A stretch of DNA of 64,000 nt, taken from positions 86,304,001-86,368,000 of the forward strand of contig OZ024743.1 of assembly GCA_964016885.1 (NCBI GenBank), given 5' to 3'. The notes under the pieces were generated by a model. The model was not told the origin of the DNA. It saw nothing but the letters and a program-made list of their open reading frames with translations, and searched no databases. This DNA comes from Eledone cirrhosa (taxonomy: Eukaryota). Made by a program: the position numbers and the translations under genes. Positions 37,508 to 50,102 of the stretch are shown piece by piece (the stretch's first letter is position 1; every line of letters starts with the position of its first letter).

Positions 37508-37550
37508 GTCACTGAAGAGGTCACAGAATGTGTGACGAAAGAACTTTGAC
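37508..37550 (+). ncRNA. Minimal hammerhead motif
   Basis: GTCA-CTGAAGA-g-GTCACA(gaatg)TGTGAC-GAAA-GAA-CTT^-TGAC. Confidence 0.65.
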
Positions 37551-37815
37551 AATATATAAACAACCATCTGGTTGTGGACCCAACCAACCAACCGGAAATT
37601 TATAAATTCCTAAATTTATAAATTTATTATAATAAATTGAAGTGAAGCAACTGGTGCGTGTGTTTCTTATTGGCAACATGACCCTCCCAAAGTATAACAA
37701 TATATATATATATATATATAGTCAATAAATGAAACAAAACAAGACACAGGAAGCAAAATTACATTTTCATGCGGTTTATATATATCAATATATATTGATA
37801 TATATAAACCTAATA

Positions 37816-37894
<79 letters not shown>

Positions 37895-37896
37895 GC

Positions 37897-37945
<49 letters not shown>

Positions 37946-37969
37946 TATATATATATTTATATATATATA

Positions 37970-38005
<36 letters not shown>

Positions 38006-38066
38006 TGTATATATATATATATATATACTGTGTGTATATATATACATATATATATATATATACTGT

Positions 38067-38106
<40 letters not shown>

Positions 38107-38147
38107 ACAGTATATATATATATATATATGTATATATATACACACAG

Positions 38148-38242
<95 letters not shown>

Positions 38243-38243
38243 C

Positions 38244-39323
38244 AAGAGAGAAGAAACATTTAGATATAATTAGTAATAAGATGTATCATACCTAAACTGC
38301 TTCTAGATTCCTCGACTACGTAGTTTCGTGGCATAATCAAAAACAATACATCATAGAGATATAGAGCTTTTGTGAGGTCTGCCGACTTATCAAGAGGATA
38401 CCTCATTTTACTAGCCTCAAGAACACGTCTATAAGATGTGAGATAGAATCCGAAAAGGTGGAGGGGGAGTCAGTCCCGTGATACAACGGTCAAGAAACAG
38501 AGCTAAGCCCCTTATAACCCTGAAAAAAATACCACGGAGGCGGAGGGGGTATTTATATCGAGGCCGTAGAAGAGGTGGTTATGCAGGCGAGAAGTATGAG
38601 TAATAGCAGCTTTCCAGCAGTCACTACATTTCAAAGATTACTCGACCAGAGGGAGTTATAAACAAAATATTGAGAAACACACAGATACATGCGGACACAC
38701 ACATATACATGAACATATCCACATCCATCCTTGAGTTAATGGTGCCAACCTTAACCGATGTTGCTCTATGAATAACCGGGACAAACCAATCCGAATGGAT
38801 TAGACTGAACCAGTATCAGAGCTAAAAGTACATTATGATATAAATACCCCCTCCGCCTCCGTGGTATTTTTTTCAGGGTTATAAGGGGCTTAGCTCTGTT
38901 TCTTGACCGTTGTATCACGTGACTGACTCCCCCTCCGCCTTTTGGGATTCTATCTCACATCTTATAGACGTGTTCTTGAGGCTAGTAAAATGAGGTATCC
39001 TCTTGATAAGTCGGCAGACCTCACAAAGGCTCTATATCTCTATGATGTATTGTTTTTGATTATGCCACGAAACTACGTAGTCGAGGAATCTAGAAGCAGT
39101 TTAGGTATGATACATCTTATTACTAATTATATCTAAATGTTTCTTCTCTCTTCATAATGTACTTTTAGCTCTGATACTGGTTCAGTCTAATCCATTCGGA
39201 TTGGTTTGTCCCGGTTATTCATAGAGCAACATCGGTTAAGGTTGGCACCATTAACTCAAGGATGGATGTGGATATATTCATGTATATGTGTGTGTCCGCA
39301 TGTATCTGTGTGTTTCTCAATAT
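38244..39323. mobile_element. Non-coding interleaved inverted repeat A-x-B-A'-B' with degenerate hammerheads (38309-38398 minus; 38998-39087 plus)
   Basis: A 38244-38558 = rc of 38838-39152; B 38665-38838 = rc of 39152-39323. Motif TCCTC-tTGATaA-GTcGGCA..TGCCAC-GAAAC-TACGTA-GTC^-GAGGA. Confidence 0.75.
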
Positions 39324-39360
<37 letters not shown>

Positions 39361-39533
39361 TATATATAAATATATATTTTTATTTTTATTTTTATCCTTT
39401 AACCTTTATATGTATATTGCCATGCTATATCATTATGATGGATGTCATCCCACTGTGGGTCAATATATGCATATGTTTTTATATGTCTCTTGTGTTGAAA
39501 AGGAGGTCAAGTATGTTATAGATCACTAAATAG

Positions 39534-39582
39534 TTGCTCCGAAGATTCCAAACCTCGGTTTGGAGGAAACAATTGTAAGCAA
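39534..39582 (+). ncRNA. Hammerhead motif with CCGAAGA core variant
   Basis: TTGCT-CCGAAGA-TTCCAAACC(tc)GGTTTGGAG-GAAAC-AATT-GTA^-AGCAA. Confidence 0.7.
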
Positions 39583-39642
39583 ATAAATGATTTAAACTGA
39601 ACTTTGATTATTGTAATCTCTCTCTCTCTCTATATATATATA

Positions 39643-39744
<102 letters not shown>

Positions 39745-39771
39745 ATATATATATATATGTATATATATAGT

Positions 39772-39802
<31 letters not shown>

Positions 39803-39916
39803 GTATATATATATATATAGTTATATTAGGTTTATATATATCAATATATATTGATATATATAAAACCTAATGTAACTGTAATTTTGCTTCCTGTGTCTTG
39901 ATTTGTTTCATTTATT

Positions 39917-39966
<50 letters not shown>

Positions 39967-40089
39967 ATACTTTGGGAGGGTCATGTTGCCAATAAGAAAC
40001 ACACGCACCAATTGCTTTCACTTCAATTTATTATAATAAATTTATAAATTTAGGAATTTATAAATTTCCGGTTGGTTGGTTGGTTCCAC

Positions 40090-40171
40090 AACCAGATGGT
40101 TGTTTATATAATTCGGGCTGTTTGTTTACAAACAAACCGAGCATTATAATAAATGTTCGGTAAACCCATAC

Positions 40172-40252
<81 letters not shown>

Positions 40253-40367
40253 CATGTATGTATATACATACTACTGTACGTCTGTATACATATATGTATG
40301 TACGTGTACATACTTACATTTAAGTATCAGCCGTACTAAGAGTGAGAAATGAAATTTCATTTTTTCC

Positions 40368-40418
<51 letters not shown>

Positions 40419-40945
40419 GTATTAGTTATACTATTTATGGTTATGTAATTTTTGATTGTACCTATTAATATAAATGTAATCTCGAAGTGTGTACTGCCAC
40501 TCTAAATTCTGTAATGAATGTTGACCCACAATGTTTGAATATGTATCAATGTTTGAATATGTGTTGGTATGTCTCTCGGCTGAAAAGGAGGTCATATAAC
40601 TGTCCATGCATTAATAAATTGCTCCGAAGAATCCAAACCTCGGTTTGGAGGAAACAGCTGTAAGCACAATAATGTTTTGAACAGTTCTTTGATTCTTATA
40701 TTTCATATATATTTATATATATATATATATATATAAATGGAAAAAATGAAATTTCATTTCTCACTCTTAGTACGGCTGATACTTAAATGTAAGTATGTAC
40801 ACGTACATACATATATGTATACAGACGTACAGTAGTATGTATATACATACATGCACACATATATATATATATATATATGTACGTATGGGTTTACCGAACA
40901 TTTATTATAATGCTCGGTTTGTTTGTAAACAAACAGCCCGAATTA
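40090..40945. repeat. Inverted repeat (arms ~40090-40372 and ~40733-40945) enclosing a hammerhead module
   Basis: AATTCGGGCTGTTTG..TTTTCCATT matches its reverse complement. Confidence 0.85.
40620..40666 (+). ncRNA. Hammerhead motif with CCGAAGA core variant (diverged paralogue of 39534)
   Basis: TGCT-CCGAAGA-ATCCAAACC(tc)GGTTTGGAG-GAAAC-AGCT-GTA^-AGCA. Confidence 0.7.
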
Positions 40946-41002
40946 TTAGCCGCACAGTGTTTGGCAACCATCGTTGCCATTTTGTTCAACACTGACAAAG
41001 GA

Positions 41003-41045
41003 ACGATGAACTAGTTTCTAGCTTATTAGCTGTCATCAGCACCGT
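41003..41045 (-). ncRNA. Minimal hammerhead ribozyme
   Basis: ACGGTG-CTGATGA-C-AGCT(aata)AGCT-A-GAAAC-TA-GTT^-CATCGT. Confidence 0.78.
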
Positions 41046-41491
41046 ATACCTTCCTGTCAGTTGATTGAACATTTGAAAGTATATACTTTCCTTGTGCATA
41101 TTAACGGCTGAGCAGCCTAATTTGCATATCGAGTGAGTTAGTCGGCCGGGCGTACCGAAAACGATAAATGGAAAACATGAAGGACTCATGCCACCCTCCC
41201 ACTATGTATATATATATATATATATGAGATACCAAGTTATCGATGATTTGATAATAGACACACACTATATTTAAGGTTGAGTGAAGCAATTTCTAATGAT
41301 TAACGGCTTGGGACTCACCTAATCAATGAAACAATTGTTAATACGGTAAATAAAACCATTTTGTACAGTCGACCATGTTATTCTTCACACTTTCACTATA
41401 TATATCTACATATATATAGTTGTTGTGAGGTTACAATAAATGCGTCCGTAGGCGGTATGCCGTTTGAGCACTCGATCCTCACAAGGAACAA

Positions 41492-41684
41492 GCGGTGGAT
41501 TGGCAGTATCGGTAGAGGGTCGGATGCCATGCTTTGACGCATAAAGTTACGGCCCTTGTCATTCTGAGTTCAAATCCCACAGAGGTTAACTTTGCCTTTC
41601 ATCCTTACGGGGTCGATAAAATAAAGTACCAGTAATGCACTGGGTAATTGCTGACCTTGTTCCAAAAAGTAGAAACAATTATTA
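41492..41684 (+). mobile_element. tRNA-derived SINE, full length
   Basis: TGGCAGTATCGG A-box, GAGTTCAAATCC B-box, Nin-like domain, ATTATT tail. Confidence 0.87.
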
Positions 41685-42036
41685 TAGATAACGAGGAATC
41701 AGTGATGCATTAAAACACAATTTATTAACATATTACATATGTTCCTCCGACGATCAGCTCAAGGCAAGATCTATTATAGATTGAACCTGACTCTGCATTC
41801 TCTGATATGTTTATCGTTTTAGTTGGAAGAAATGCCTTGAAAACTGTATAATATATATATATATATATATTATACAGTTTTCAAGGCATTTCTTCCAACT
41901 AAAACGATAAACATATCAGAGAATGCAGAGTCAGGTTCAATCTATAATAGATCTTGCCTTGAGCTGATCGTCGGAGGAACATATGTAATATGTTAATAAA
42001 TTGTGTTTTAATGCATCACTGATTCCTCGTTATCTA

Positions 42037-42229
42037 TAATAATTGTTTCTACTTTTTGGAACAAGGTCAGCAATTACCCAGTGCATTACTGGTACTTTAT
42101 TTTATCGACCCCGTAAGGATGAAAGGCAAAGTTAACCTCTGTGGGATTTGAACTCAGAATGACAAGGGCCGTAACTTTATGCGTCAAAGCATGGCATCCG
42201 ACCCTCTACCGATACTGCCAATCCACCGC
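42037..42229 (-). mobile_element. tRNA-derived SINE (mirror copy in the palindrome)
   Basis: Reverse complement of 41492-41684. Confidence 0.87.
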
Positions 42230-42491
42230 TTGTTCCTTGTGAGGATCGAGTGCTCAAACGGCATACCGCCTACGGACGCATTTATTGTAACCTCACAACA
42301 ACTATATATATGTAGATATATATAGTGAAAGTGTGAAGAATAACATGGTCGACTGTACAAAATGGTTTTATTTACCGTATTAACAATTGTTTCATTGATT
42401 AGGTGAGTCCCAAGCCGTTAATCATTAGAAATTGCTTCACTCAACCTTAAATATAGTGTGTGTCTATTATCAAATCATCGATAACTTGGTA

Positions 42492-42575
<84 letters not shown>

Positions 42576-42801
42576 GGGATAACAGATTATTGTTATAGGT
42601 AGTCCACCTAGGCGTAGTCCAGTTAGGGTACTCCGAGTAGTGGATGATATCAACGCTTGGCTAAGTTTGACTCAACAAGGCGTTTCCATAGTGATGCTGC
42701 GAGTACGCGGTGATTTCTATGTTGTTAACACTTGGAGTAATGATAAATCAGGAAAGAAGATTGACACGGTTTGCTATACAAAAAAGGTTTTTAATCTCAT
42801 T

Positions 42802-42907
42802 GCTGACAATTGTTTCTCTGAACTGGTAGGTCTAGAGATCGCTACCCGCCTGTTTTCGCGTCATTCGATCACCAATACATAGTTGTAGCCAGTCAATTCA
42901 TCAGAGC
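42802..42907 (-). ncRNA. Hammerhead motif with long stem II in the pLTR (mutated mirror copy at 44350-44455 plus)
   Basis: GCT-CTGATGA-aTTGACTGG..CCAGTTCAGa-GAAAC-AATT-GTC^-AGC. Confidence 0.65.
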
Positions 42908-43672
42908 TAGCGAGAATCAAGGGAATACACAGGCATGGCTTCTATATATAGTAATGGCATTCAATCAGAACAATATCAACAATATTAACAATGCTAGCAA
43001 TAAATTATTTGAAATAATCACAACATCACTAAGTAAGAAATATAGTATATCTACAACTTTAGCATGTAAAACGAGCTGACATGAGGCAGATGTATGAAAT
43101 TGACATGTAAAAGCTGTCATGGGGAGTATTATATATAGTATAGAGATAAGCCGGTGACTTTAAACAATGTATCATTTCCTTTACTGTAGGTCTGGTGACC
43201 GTAAGAATTATTTATTATCTGACAGATAAAATATTTATCATTGTAGTGAGGATAGTAATATTTGCGGTGTGAAGTGGATTCAATATTTATGTGGTCTATA
43301 TTAGATGAAGGGATTGTTAGTTCGAATCGTGGGGTTGTTTAGCTGTCACATCATCAATAACATACATGTATTAAATAACATTAACAGAGTAGCAATATAA
43401 TAGGTAATATAACAGGAGGAAGATGATGTTTTACTGTAGTAGTATTCTGAAAATATACTTGGATTTAGGTTTATTTGTTGAGAGTCAAGGGTGAGGAAGT
43501 TGTGTTGACAGCAGCTGAGAAGGGATATATTTATGGGTTGATAAGATATTTGCAGACATTACTGTGGTATAGAATTAAGAAGGCTAGAATCTACTTAATG
43601 ATTATAGTTCTGTGGTGGTCCGTGTAATATTGTGGATATCATATGTTGAATGCTAAGTTATGTCGGTTCGAT

Positions 43673-44345
43673 TCACGGAGGCTTAAATCTTGTGAATTTA
43701 GTGGCGAGCCTGTGTCTGCAGAAAATTGATCTTTCTAACTTGTCGTTGAGTAGCCTTTTTTCATTCCTAAGGATACACAGTAATTCAAGATCACAGAGCC
43801 TACAGTAGGACATACCGGTACTGTAAGTCCTTGCGGCCGACAACCTCGACCAGTTGATATTGTAGTTGGTGTTATTGTCCTTAAGTTCCCAGATTTTTTT
43901 GGCGAGGGTTGTAGAACCCATAAGTGCACGGTTCTTCATCGAGTGTCTGTGCACATACCATCTTTTTTTAAAAGTATCCGTGGTGGATCCAATGTAATGC
44001 CAAGTGGAGTTGCCCGATTTGACCATACACATGTACACTAGGCTCGAATCAAGGCATCTATTCGCCAATGGGCACCTATCTGGTAGGTGACAGTTGCAGT
44101 TTGAGGTGTTATTCCGTGCAGCTTCCACACTGCTGTGTACACTGCTATAAGTGGGTTGTGATTTATACCCGTTGAGGTTTTGCTGGTGCGTGCTTGTATG
44201 CGTTTGCGGTTGTGATATTGTGATGTGTTTATGTTTATAATTTGGTGCTATGTTGCACATAGGTGGGGCGGATTCCCTAGAGGTATTTCTGTGGTTGATC
44301 TTGCGTATGTGTGATTCTATATTTGCAGCCGTAGAGTATGAGAGT
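43673..44345 (-). pseudogene. PLE GIY-YIG endonuclease domain (CxCx5C linker; Naiad-like by my recollection of that clade)
   Basis: ORF track motifs; no RT upstream. Confidence 0.8.
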
Positions 44346-44506
44346 TTTAGCTCTGTTGAATTGACTGGTTACAACTATGTATTGGTGATCGAATGACGCG
44401 AAAACAGGCGGGTAGCGATCTCTAGACCTACCAGTTCAGAGAAACAACTGTCAGCAATGAGATTAAAAACCTTTTTTGTATAGCAAACCGTGTCAATCTT
44501 CTTTCC

Positions 44507-44559
<53 letters not shown>

Positions 44560-44561
<2 letters not shown>

Positions 44562-44890
44562 TCAATTCAAAACCTGTTCCCAAACAGACCTATTATATTA
44601 AATCTTTGTTGGTTTTATTCAATGAACAAATATAATTATTTCTGAAGACAGCATATGACCTATTTTCATCCCTAAAACAATCTTTCATTCATAATATTTT
44701 TTCCATCCAAAACTGAAATCTACCTTCCTCTACCTCTAAATTAAGGCTCTATTACTACTATTTTACCATCTTGACCTTCACTATATTTCTATTGGTCAAT
44801 TCAAAACCTGTTCCCAAACAGACCTATTGTATTAAATCTTTGTTGGTTTTTTTCAATAAACAAATATCATTATTTCTGAAGACAGCATAT
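44560..44890 (+). repeat. ~100 bp direct repeat (44560-44656, 44793-44889)
   Basis: GGTCAATTCAAAACCTGTTCCCAAACAGACCTATT..TCTGAAGACAGCATAT occurs twice. Confidence 0.85.
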
Positions 44891-45009
44891 ATATGTGTAG
44901 GTATGTATATTCCTTCTGATAGTTTGTATAAATTTTACATAGATCTATATGATATGCATACCAACACTAACACATATATATCCTAGAAACGATCGTAAAA
45001 TGATGAATT

Positions 45010-45455
45010 TTTTAATATAAGGATCTGTTTCTTTGTTTATTCATTATTTTTATTAATTTATCTTGACTCTGTTTTCCTGTATTTTTCATCGAAAAAAAAA
45101 TTTTTGAATACATCTTCTCTTTTCATGATATTCGGATTACATTGAGTTCTTCATACGGATTGGACACTACCGTACTTTTTGGTAGATTTATCTACATATA
45201 TAGTATGTAGATAAATCTACCAAAATATACGGTAGTGTCCAATCCGTATGAAGAACTCAATGTAATCCTAATATCAATAAAAGATATGTATTCAACAATT
45301 TTTTCGACGAAAATCATAGGAAAACAGAGTCAAGATAAATTAATAAAAACAATGAATAAAAACAAAGAAACTGGTTCCTGATATAAATTTTTTGAATTTT
45401 TGAATTTTTGAATTTTTTAAAATAAGGAACTGTTTCTTTGTTTTTATTCATTGTT
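45010..45455. repeat. Diverged foldback centred at ~45201
   Basis: ..GGTAGATTTATCTACATA-tatag-TATGTAGATAAATCTACC..; arms ~170 bp with mismatches. Confidence 0.85.
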
Positions 45456-45460
45456 TTTAC

Positions 45461-45551
<91 letters not shown>

Positions 45552-45714
45552 AATTATAAACGTAAACATGTAAGTATGTTTTTGAAACGGTGCGCGAGTT
45601 TGAAATTAGAAATGAGAAATTATAAGCTTTCACCGTATTTTAGACTAAAGGAATTTCTAGCCTGATAGTGGGGTTTATAACCCTCGGAGAAATGGAAAAA
45701 GATGAGTGTTGCCG

Positions 45715-45775
<61 letters not shown>

Positions 45776-45781
<6 letters not shown>

Positions 45782-46163
45782 GAGCGAAACAAGTAAACAT
45801 TAAACAATCTTTTTTAAATAAATTAAAATACGATTTAAATATTCATCTGTTCTAATGCTGTGACCGACGGTTTCGCTTATCAAAAGTTTGGAAATTCAGG
45901 CCTATTTATGTGTGGGTCACTTTAACGGCCTGACATCATGTATCGGGCAGAAAGCGACATACTTACAAACTGCAAGGCTTTGTTACCTGTGGTATGGAAA
46001 TTGCTGTCTGAAGAGCTGATTCTTTCCATTGGAAATTCTCTGAATTTCCAATCTTTTGATAAGCGAAACCGTCGGTCACAGCATTAGAACGGGTGAATAT
46101 TTAAATCGTATTTTAATTTATTTAAAAGATTGTTTAATGTTTACTTGTTCCGCTCATTTATAT
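45776..46163. mobile_element. Non-coding foldback: hammerhead-bearing pLTR-like unit with inverted partial copy
   Basis: 45776-45899 = rc of 46040-46163; homologous to 62510-62670. Confidence 0.78.
46002..46083 (+). ncRNA. Type-I hammerhead ribozyme, canonical core and GUC site
   Basis: TGCTGT-CTGAAGA-GCT..ATTGGAAATTC(tct)GAATTTCCAAT..AGC-GAAACC-gtc-GGTC^-ACAGCA. Confidence 0.85.
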
Positions 46164-46268
46164 AGTTCTGGTATCTCAAATTAGTACCATTGAACAACAA
46201 CTGTTATAGACACGATGAATAATTCCGTGGGTACTTAGTACCTGCTGGAATATTTATATCACTTTATA

Positions 46269-46302
<34 letters not shown>

Positions 46303-46314
46303 CATATATATATA

Positions 46315-46680
46315 CAGGGTGAGTCAAAATTATGTTAACACTAGTATGGGAGGAAATCATTTATTCAGAATTTACTGAACAGTCTCAACCTTGTCACCAG
46401 CATGATCAATACACAAAAAACCAGCGATCAACAGTACAATTTAGTGCCTGGAGACATTTCGCGGGGAATACTTGATATGACACCTTGTATTCTGTCCTCG
46501 AGTTCATCGATGTCTCTAACATTTTTGCTATACACGCGCTCCTTTACCATACCCCATAACCAGAAGTCACAGGGTGTCAGATCAGGGGAGTGTGCAGGCC
46601 ATGCCAATGCTTCACTGCGACCTCTCCAACGATTTGGAAATATTTGATCGAGAAAAGTGTTAACATAATTTTGACTCACC

Positions 46681-46683
<3 letters not shown>
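46315..46683 (-). mobile_element. Internally deleted Tc1/mariner DNA transposon
   Basis: 28-bp perfect TIRs CAGGGTGAGTCAAAATTATGTTAACACT, TA flanks, transposase remnant WPAHSPDLTPCDFWLWG. Confidence 0.93.
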
Positions 46684-46751
<68 letters not shown>

Positions 46752-46754
<3 letters not shown>

Positions 46755-47361
46755 TGGCTGCCAACTCGTTTTCGAGTACGGTCACTACTTTATATCCATG
46801 TAGGAGAACCCCTACCGATGCGCTGAACAAGTGTGACTTTTTAGTCCAGCCAGCGACTTGAAAACTCTGGTACAAACACTACACCTGTGACAATTATTGA
46901 CACATAGTGCTGGGCCCATGGTACCATGTGACGACAAGTGCAGAGAGATCTCCAGATATAAAGCAATGCCTGTGCCGTGAAGCTTTTATAGTGAGCAAAG
47001 GCACTGCACAAAGCCAGTCCCACTCTCTTAACCAAGATGATATTTACCAAAAAGAATAGCAAGTCAACATCATTGGATACCATCAGGGTTGCAGGTGTTA
47101 TATCAGAGTTTTCCTTCTCCTAGAATTCTGCCTTGACAAAGGCTAAGGGGTCATCTCTCCCGGTGATTTTGGATGGCCATTGACTCTTAAGAGCTCCTTT
47201 GCCCTTTGACAGGTTTTGTTTTTAGTCCTGCAGGATGTCCAAAGTCACCCTCCTCACCAAGAAACCTTGGTGGGGTTGCCAGTTTAGTCGCCAACGACCC
47301 GACCATGAGACAGGTTGTACTGGGATACATGTTACCAGTAGCACCAACTGGTGAACCTGAC
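46752..47361 (-). mobile_element. Family A non-autonomous RTE derivative, full length, in (TA)n
   Basis: Near-identical to 28990-29598. Confidence 0.85.
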
Positions 47362-47388
47362 ATATATATATATATATATATATATACA

Positions 47389-47475
<87 letters not shown>

Positions 47476-47561
47476 TGTATATATATATATATGTATTGTA
47501 TAAGCAATGTTTCACTCAACATGTATGTCCTACCATTGGTATCGGTATCCAGTCATGGCCA

Positions 47562-47985
47562 CCATTGTATATTTGAGGAGGCACTTTTTATTTGGACTTC
47601 ATTCGGGCACGTAGACAAAGATATATATATTAATTTTATTAAGGCTGAATAGTGAGTCGTGTTTATCATAGGGTCATCAGACTTGATGACCCTGTGATAA
47701 ACAGGCTTAATTAAATGAATATTAAAATTCTACTTGCGTCTTCCGTATTCACTCAGCTGGTATATATATATATCTGTATGTGGTTGACAGCTGAGTGAAT
47801 ACGGAAGACGGAAGTAGAATTTTAATATTCATTTCATTAAGCCTGTTTATCACAGGGTCATCAAGTCTGATGACCCTGTGATAAACACGACTCACTATTC
47901 AGCCTTAATAAAATTAATACATATATCTTTGTCTACGTGTCCGAATGAAGTCCAAATTAAAAGTGCATCCTCAAATATACAATGG
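47562..47985. repeat. Foldback with ~200 bp slightly diverged arms, each with an internal hairpin
   Basis: CCATTGTATATTTGAGG..CAGCTG and its rc. The internal CAGGGTCATCA..TGATGACCCTG contains CTGATGA but has no GAAA partner. Confidence 0.85.
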
Positions 47986-47996
47986 ATATATATACC

Positions 47997-48062
<66 letters not shown>

Positions 48063-48067
<5 letters not shown>

Positions 48068-48763
48068 AGTGGAAGCTTAGTAAAATCGAAGCTTTGGCTG
48101 TGGCCAAGCAAAGTCGACCTACAATAAGGAATGAGTTAGCAAAGCACTCAATAAGGGTAGGCCCTTAGAGTAATAACATTACGTTTAAATAGTTTGACAA
48201 ATTGAAAATTGTGGCAGGCAAAACCCAACCATACAATACCAAAGTAACGAAAGAACTAATCAGGTTAAAAAACAGACCTGGACAAATCGGACGATATTCT
48301 GCAATACGTCCGATATGTTTCTATGAATCCGAAATCATCTATCCAACTTACGTAACACGTAAGCTTGTTGTATTCCATGATCGAACAGGGGATTCATTTC
48401 ATCAACAGGGATTCCGTCCTATTGCCTCAAACTGGTGTGAGCAAACTAAATGCGACCGCTACAATAGACAGCCGTCAATCATTTCGTTGCCACGTCTTAT
48501 TTCCAACAAGGGAAGCAACCCCCGGTTTTTGGCGGGTAAATTCAAAGTGTTAACAAAGGAAAAATATTTCCACTCAATATTCCGAATAAAAGCTCTCAAC
48601 CAGATGTTATTAAACAAACACAAATAATTAACCAATCAACAGAATTGTCTAATTAAATTAATTAGTTAATTATTAAGTCTAGGAGAAAATAATACAAGTG
48701 GAAGCTTAGTAAAATCGAATCTTTGGCTGTGGCCAAGCAAAGTCGAACTAAAATAAGGAATGA
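48063..48763 (+). repeat. ~70 bp direct repeats (48063-48134, 48692-48763)
   Basis: ATACAAGTGGAAGCTTAGTAAAATCGAA..AATAAGGAATGA occurs twice. Confidence 0.85.
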
Positions 48764-48785
48764 CACAACAGTTAGTTCACCATAC

Positions 48786-48823
48786 CGAGAACAATTGTTT
48801 CACCTTAGCGGATCCTCAGCTCG
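48786..48823 (-). ncRNA. Minimal hammerhead ribozyme
   Basis: CGAG-CTGAGGA-T-CC(gctaa)GG-T-GAAAC-AATT-GTT^-CTCG. Confidence 0.72.
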
Positions 48824-49368
48824 TAATGGACATGATTATACGGAACGGTTGTCCTTCCTGTTCCGTATAACCATGTCCATACCCGTATGTTTTGTGAAGG
48901 TATGTGTACCTTCTCGTACGTATATTTGACTGTTATGGCGTATAATTTTTACATATTCTGGTATTTAGGGTTTGGCTATGTGTATACGGGAGTATTGCGT
49001 CTGCGTGAGTATGCAGGTTCGTACGTATGGTGAGTGGGTGTATATGTGTACTTCTTGTTTTAGTTGACTTACGTCTCCGAACATTCGTGTATTTATTTGT
49101 AGGTATGTGTGTGCGCTTGTTATATACGTATTTATTTACTTATATACGTTTATATAATTATTTATTTATTTGTACACAAGCATACACACACACACATATT
49201 TATATGTGCGTGGTTTTGTATACCTATGGTAAGGTTTTGCGTATGCTTGTGTATGTACGTATCTGTTTGCGTGTATGTATTTATTTGTTTCTATTACTTC
49301 TGTATTGTATTTATTTACTTTGTTCTTAACTCTGTAGCGGAGATTCATTTGGTCTCCTAGTTAGAATT

Positions 49369-49640
49369 TTAGTCTACGACTTCTGCTATACCATTTACGT
49401 GGTTTTGTCTTTGCGTGCTATTGTTCTCCACGCTCCACATATGACTTATTATCTTCGTTTTTTCGTTCATTGCCAGAGAACGTCTCTATGCACCACCTAA
49501 GAGAACATTAGTCTACGACCTCTTTTATACCATAAACGTGGTTTTGTCTTTGCGCGTAATTGTTTTTCACCGCTCCTATTAATGACCTATTATTCGTTTT
49601 TTCCCGTTCTTTGCCAGCGAACGTCACCATGAACCAAAGT
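49369..49640 (+). repeat. Diverged ~138 bp tandem duplication
   Basis: TTAGTCTACGAC..ACGTGGTTTTGTCTTTGCG..TTGCCAG.GAACGTC occurs twice. Confidence 0.8.
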
Positions 49641-49714
49641 ATCGTCTTCCTGTCTTCCTCCGGTTGCAACATTTTTTGAAATATCCAGTTCTGCGTTTAC
49701 AGATTGACTTTGTT

Positions 49715-49765
49715 AGTTTCAGAAGATCCCGTTAAGGGTGAAAGCAGCGATTCTTTGCTTAAACT
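49715..49765 (+). ncRNA. Degenerate hammerhead (CAGAAGA core)
   Basis: AGTTT-CaGAAGA-T-CCC(gttaa)GGG-T-GAAAGCA..TGCTT^-AAACT. Confidence 0.6.
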
Positions 49766-49787
49766 TTAATCTGTTATTTTAATAAAT

Positions 49788-49833
<46 letters not shown>

Positions 49834-50022
49834 TAATTTAATATATCTACTAACATAAGCGCACAGATGTACGCTAATGCCAGCAAATACACAGGTTATG
49901 TCATAGTACCTAGGTGGTTCAATGCAGGAGAATGCAGAACAATAATATATAAGACGTAAAATAAGAAAATTTCTTTAAAAAAAAAAAAAAAAAAAAAATT
50001 AACTTACTTACTTAAATTTTCA

Positions 50023-50102
50023 CTCCAACTAATTAGTTTCTGCAATGGGATAAAGACAGTTACGTAATGAACTGTTGAGAATTTCATTGCGTCATCAGGG
50101 AG
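50023..50102 (-). ncRNA. Hammerhead ribozyme (mirror copy)
   Basis: Reverse complement of 50737-50816. Confidence 0.75.

Larger units (their letters stand above)
36785..37702. mobile_element. Non-coding foldback of two diverged inverted pLTR-like arms, related to the pLTR of the PLE at 54419-58865
   Basis: Arms ~36785-37170 and ~37310-37702. Shares ATTGTTATACTT..GAGGGTCAT, TCAAAGTTCTTTC and CTACGCCATCTT with 54419-54760. Confidence 0.75.
41224..42497. repeat. Apparently perfect ~1.27 kb palindrome centred on (TA)n at ~41860
   Basis: Arms of ~630 bp appear identical, each including a SINE. Confidence 0.92.
42744..44513 (-). mobile_element. 5'-truncated Penelope-like element with GIY-YIG end and inverted 5' pLTR
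   Basis: ORF 43673-44260: CNCHLPDRCPL..C, LVYMCMV..YIGST..FKKRWYVH, CRLCDLE. Inverted repeats at 42744-42909 and 44347-44513. Confidence 0.88.

Noticed and set aside
41492-41580. tRNA genes at SINE heads (also 32857, 63038)
   Set aside because: A/B boxes only, no cloverleaf; they continue into SINE bodies
47660-47890. CTGATGA-CCCTGT..ACAGG as a hammerhead
   Set aside because: No GAAA/NUH half in register; at most a remnant
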